Assembly: GCA_034530615.2 (NCBI GenBank)
Contig: JAVRCV020000073.1
Coordinates: 1 to 64,000, forward strand
Direction: 5' to 3'
Length of the DNA stretch: 64,000 nucleotides
From: Aulosira sp. ZfuVER01
GTDB lineage: Bacteria > Cyanobacteriota > Cyanobacteriia > Cyanobacteriales > Nostocaceae
A program made the translations under genes and the position numbers. The notes under the pieces were generated by a model. It ran no database searches. It saw only the letters and a list, made by a program, of their open reading frames with translations, and was not told where the DNA came from. This document shows positions 61,113 to 64,000 of the stretch, piece by piece (position 1 is the stretch's first letter; the number at the start of each line of letters is the position of its first letter).

Positions 61113-61478
61113 ATGGCATTGGTTTTAATTATCGATGATGCAGCTTTTTCGCGCAGAATGATCCGCAAGTTTCTGCAAGTCGATGGCTATGAAATCTTAG
61201 AAGCAAGTAATGGGCGTGAAGGCTTAGAAATGGTTCACAACCATAAGCCAAACTGCGTATTAGCTGATATTTTAATGCCTGATATGAATGGGTTTGAATT
61301 TTTGCAAGCACTTCAACAGGAAAAATTGCAAATTCCTACCATCATTATTTCAGCCGATATTCAAGAAGGAGCGCGCAATCAAAGTTTTCACCTGGGAGCA
61401 GCCAACTTTATTAATAAACCGCCAAAAGAAAATGAACTACGAGCCGCAGTCCAGCAAGTTCTAAATACAAAGGAATAA
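61113..61478 (+). CDS. CheY-like single-domain response regulator
   Basis: VLIIDD, VLADILMP, ISAD, NKPP. Confidence 0.93.
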   Translation: MALVLIIDDAAFSRRMIRKFLQVDGYEILEASNGREGLEMVHNHKPNCVLADILMPDMNGFEFLQALQQEKLQIPTIIISADIQEGARNQSFHLGAANFINKPPKENELRAAVQQVLNTKE

Positions 61479-61484
61479 GCATAC

Positions 61485-62090
61485 ATGAATGTGACAGCAG
61501 AACAACTGGATGCTCTTCAAGAGTTGATTAATATTGGAGTTGGTCGAGCAGCAAGTTTACTTAATGAGATGGTAGATTCTCACATTCATTTAGAAATTCC
61601 GTTTGTGAAAGTATTAACAGCTGCGGATGCTTATCAAGAATTAGCGACAAGATTTCATGATGATTGTTTAGCAGCTGTCAGACTAGGCTTTACAGGCTCA
61701 TTTTATGGCACTGCTGGCTTAATTTTCCCTACTGAAAGCGCATCGACATTGGTTGCAGTTCTCACTGGTGAAGAGCCAGGTTCGAGTGACTTAGATGCCG
61801 TAAAAATTGGTACATTAAGCGAAATTGGCAATATCGTGATTAATGGAGTGATGGGTTCAATTAGCAATGTGCTAAGGCAGCACATGAACTATACATTACC
61901 CGTTTATTTAGAAGATAGAATTGAAAATTTGCTTGTATCTGCTAATGTAACGCAGTCGCAAATTTTATTAGCACAAGCAAGATTTACTATTGAACAATTA
62001 GAACTGATTGGAGATATTATTTTAATCTTTGAATTAGGGACATTTGATGCGTTAATTAAAGTTATTAATGCAGAGTTAGAAGTATCGTGA
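61485..62090 (+). CDS. cheC: CheC-family phosphatase-like protein
   Basis: Two ExxN motifs: DALQELINIGVGRAA and LSEIGNIVING. Confidence 0.88.
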   Translation: MNVTAEQLDALQELINIGVGRAASLLNEMVDSHIHLEIPFVKVLTAADAYQELATRFHDDCLAAVRLGFTGSFYGTAGLIFPTESASTLVAVLTGEEPGSSDLDAVKIGTLSEIGNIVINGVMGSISNVLRQHMNYTLPVYLEDRIENLLVSANVTQSQILLAQARFTIEQLELIGDIILIFELGTFDALIKVINAELEVS

Positions 62091-62150
62091 ACAGGAGAAT
62101 TGGAGTAAGTCTTTGTACAGGAAAATCTGCAAAATTGGTCTGATGAATTT

Positions 62151-63767
62151 ATGAACAAAGTTGAACAAGCTCAAGAACAATTTGGACTATTAGACAAAAT
62201 TACTTTAGGAGCTTTTGTTCTACAGTCAGACCACATTGTTTTATTTTGGAATAGTTGTTTAGAGCAATGGACTAAAATTCCGAGGAATAAAATTTTAGGA
62301 GTTTCGATTCTGGAATATTTTCCCCATCTCAATCAACCGCGTTACGCTAGTCGCTTAGAGCAAATTTTTCAAGGTGGTCCCCCAACAATTTTTTCTTCTC
62401 AGTTGCATAAATATGTAATTCCCATACCCTTACCGCAAGGTAAATACCGCATCCAGCACACCAATGTCACAGCCGTACCTGCATCCAACGGAGATGGATT
62501 TTATGCCCTATTCTCTATTCAAGATGTCACCGATTTAACATTCCGAGTTCAAGAATATAAAAACTTGCGAGATCAGGCTTTAGCAGAAGCACAAGAACGC
62601 CAACGTGCGCAAGAAGCAGCTGAAGCCGCGAACCGAATTAAAGATGAATTTCTCGCAATTGTTTCTCATGAACTGCGTTCTCCACTTAATCCAATTTTGG
62701 GTTGGGCAAAATTACTCAAAAAACGTTCTTTAAATGAAGCTGCAACTCTTCGCGCCGTTGAAACTATCGAACGTAATGCCGAACTTCAAGCTCAGTTAAT
62801 TGATGATTTATTAGATATATCTCGTATTCTTAGAGGCAAGCTAGCACTGAGTTTAGAAACTGTGAATTTGGCTGCGATTATTGAAGCCGCTTTAGATACA
62901 GTAAGACTAGCAGCAGAAGCCAAATCAATTGAAATTAATCTGAATTTAGATAAAAGAGTTGCACAAGTAAAAGGCGATAGTAGCCGTCTACAACAAGTTG
63001 TTTGGAATCTAGTCTCGAATGCGATTAAATTTACACCTTCAGGCGGGCGAATTGAAGTCAATTTAAAACAGATTGATTCTCAAGTGCAAATCCAAGTCAA
63101 AGATACTGGTAAGGGTATTAATCCTAATTTTTTGCCTCATGTATTTGAATATTTCCGTCAGGCAGACAGTAGTATAACTAGAAGATCGGGTGGATTAGGG
63201 TTGGGGTTAGCAATTGTCCGCCAACTTGTAGAGTTACATGGCGGTAGAGTTTGGGCAGAAAGTCCCGGAGAAGAAAAAGGTGCGACATTTACAGTTGCTT
63301 TCCCAGCACTGCAAAAGTCTTTGTCATTAGCCGAGAAAGATAGAAACTTATATGATGATTCCTATTCATTTTCTATGCTCTACGCTCCTCTAGAAGGAGT
63401 CAAAGTGTTGGTTGTAGATGATGATGTCGATACCAGGGAGTTTCTCGCCTTTTTGTTAGAACAGCAAGGTGCAATCGTCACAATTGCCGCATCAGCTCAT
63501 GAAGCACTCGCGGCGATCGCGCAATCAAAGCCAGATTTATTGTTAAGCGATCTAGGTATGCCCGAAGTAGATGGCTACGCCTTGATCCGTAAACTCCGCG
63601 CCATGTCAGTCGATCAAGGCGGACAAATTCCTGCGATCGCCTTGACTGCTTACGCCGCAGAAACAACACAGCAACAAGTATTTGCAGCTGGATTTCAACT
63701 GCATATTGCCAAACCCGCCGATCCCTCAAAATTGATAACTGCGATCGCTTCACTTGTTAAAGGATAA
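62151..63767 (+). CDS. PAS-domain hybrid histidine kinase (PAS-HisKA-HATPase-receiver)
   Basis: VLFWNSCLEQWT PAS, SHELRSPL, NAIKFT, GGLGLGL, LLSDLGMP, AKP. Confidence 0.95.
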   Translation: MNKVEQAQEQFGLLDKITLGAFVLQSDHIVLFWNSCLEQWTKIPRNKILGVSILEYFPHLNQPRYASRLEQIFQGGPPTIFSSQLHKYVIPIPLPQGKYRIQHTNVTAVPASNGDGFYALFSIQDVTDLTFRVQEYKNLRDQALAEAQERQRAQEAAEAANRIKDEFLAIVSHELRSPLNPILGWAKLLKKRSLNEAATLRAVETIERNAELQAQLIDDLLDISRILRGKLALSLETVNLAAIIEAALDTVRLAAEAKSIEINLNLDKRVAQVKGDSSRLQQVVWNLVSNAIKFTPSGGRIEVNLKQIDSQVQIQVKDTGKGINPNFLPHVFEYFRQADSSITRRSGGLGLGLAIVRQLVELHGGRVWAESPGEEKGATFTVAFPALQKSLSLAEKDRNLYDDSYSFSMLYAPLEGVKVLVVDDDVDTREFLAFLLEQQGAIVTIAASAHEALAAIAQSKPDLLLSDLGMPEVDGYALIRKLRAMSVDQGGQIPAIALTAYAAETTQQQVFAAGFQLHIAKPADPSKLITAIASLVKG

Positions 63768-63846
63768 ATTCACAGCAAAAACTTAAACCAACACTCCGCG
63801 TACCTTTGCGTTTAAAAATAAAGAAAAGAACCACAGATAAACACAG

Positions 63847-64000
63847 ATGCACACAGCCCAGAAAATCATCATAGTTGGGGGAGGTATTGGCGGCGCAGCA
63901 ACAGCCTTTGCCCTTAATCGTGCTGGCTTTGATGTCACTGTTTACGAACGCACCTCACAGTTGCGAGAAGTGGGTGCAGGAATTGCGCTGTGGGCAAATG
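63847..64000 (+). CDS. FAD-dependent monooxygenase, 3'-truncated by window edge
   Basis: Hand translation [51 protein letters not shown]... Confidence 0.9.
   Translation, partial: MHTAQKIIIVGGGIGGAATAFALNRAGFDVTVYERTSQLREVGAGIALWAN

Larger units (their letters stand above)
1..64000. repeat. HIP1 octamer GCGATCGC dispersed throughout the window
   Basis: Dozens of copies in coding and non-coding DNA (e.g. near 676, 1357, 6874, 12626, 56530); cyanobacterial hallmark. Confidence 0.95.

Noticed and set aside
52522..64000. cas genes or a tracrRNA near the array
   Set aside because: All flanking ORFs have clear non-Cas identities and I found no anti-repeat; the InsA-like ORF is not Cas2 or Cas4.
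1..64000. tRNA, rRNA, prophage or integrase genes
   Set aside because: No cloverleaf, rRNA-like tract, phage structural gene or recombinase motif was recognised.

Overview
A 64-kb chromosomal window from a filamentous heterocystous cyanobacterium of Nostocales type, judged from abundant HIP1 octamers (GCGATCGC), STRR heptamer tandem repeats and small dispersed repeats. It is dominated by signal-transduction genes: three two-component or hybrid-kinase clusters and a Ser/Thr kinase. Housekeeping and accessory genes include Omp85/BamA, a large-subunit catalase (katE), ilvA, a class A PBP, an ABC ATPase, two AAA ATPases, a GNAT, a PrmA-like methyltransferase and FAD monooxygenases. Most notable: (i) a complete CheA/CheW/soluble MCP/CheB/CheR chemosensory operon split between cheA and cheW by a co-oriented orphan CRISPR array (21 repeats, 20 spacers, own leader, candidate promoter and boxA-like motif; no cas genes in the window), facing a divergent unit of stand-alone IS1-InsA-like gene, CheY-like, CheC-like and PAS hybrid kinase; (ii) a single-ORF fusion of a BsuBI/PstI-type methyltransferase and endonuclease abutting a decayed Uma2 gene; (iii) a TPR, HPD-less J-domain and GrpE cassette with no adjacent Hsp70; (iv) a coupled pair of paralogous small membrane proteins and an unannotated 33-aa ORF in an AT-rich island; (v) several MITEs and small repeats, one with a clean 9-bp target duplication. 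All assignments come from reading motifs by eye; no database searches were run.
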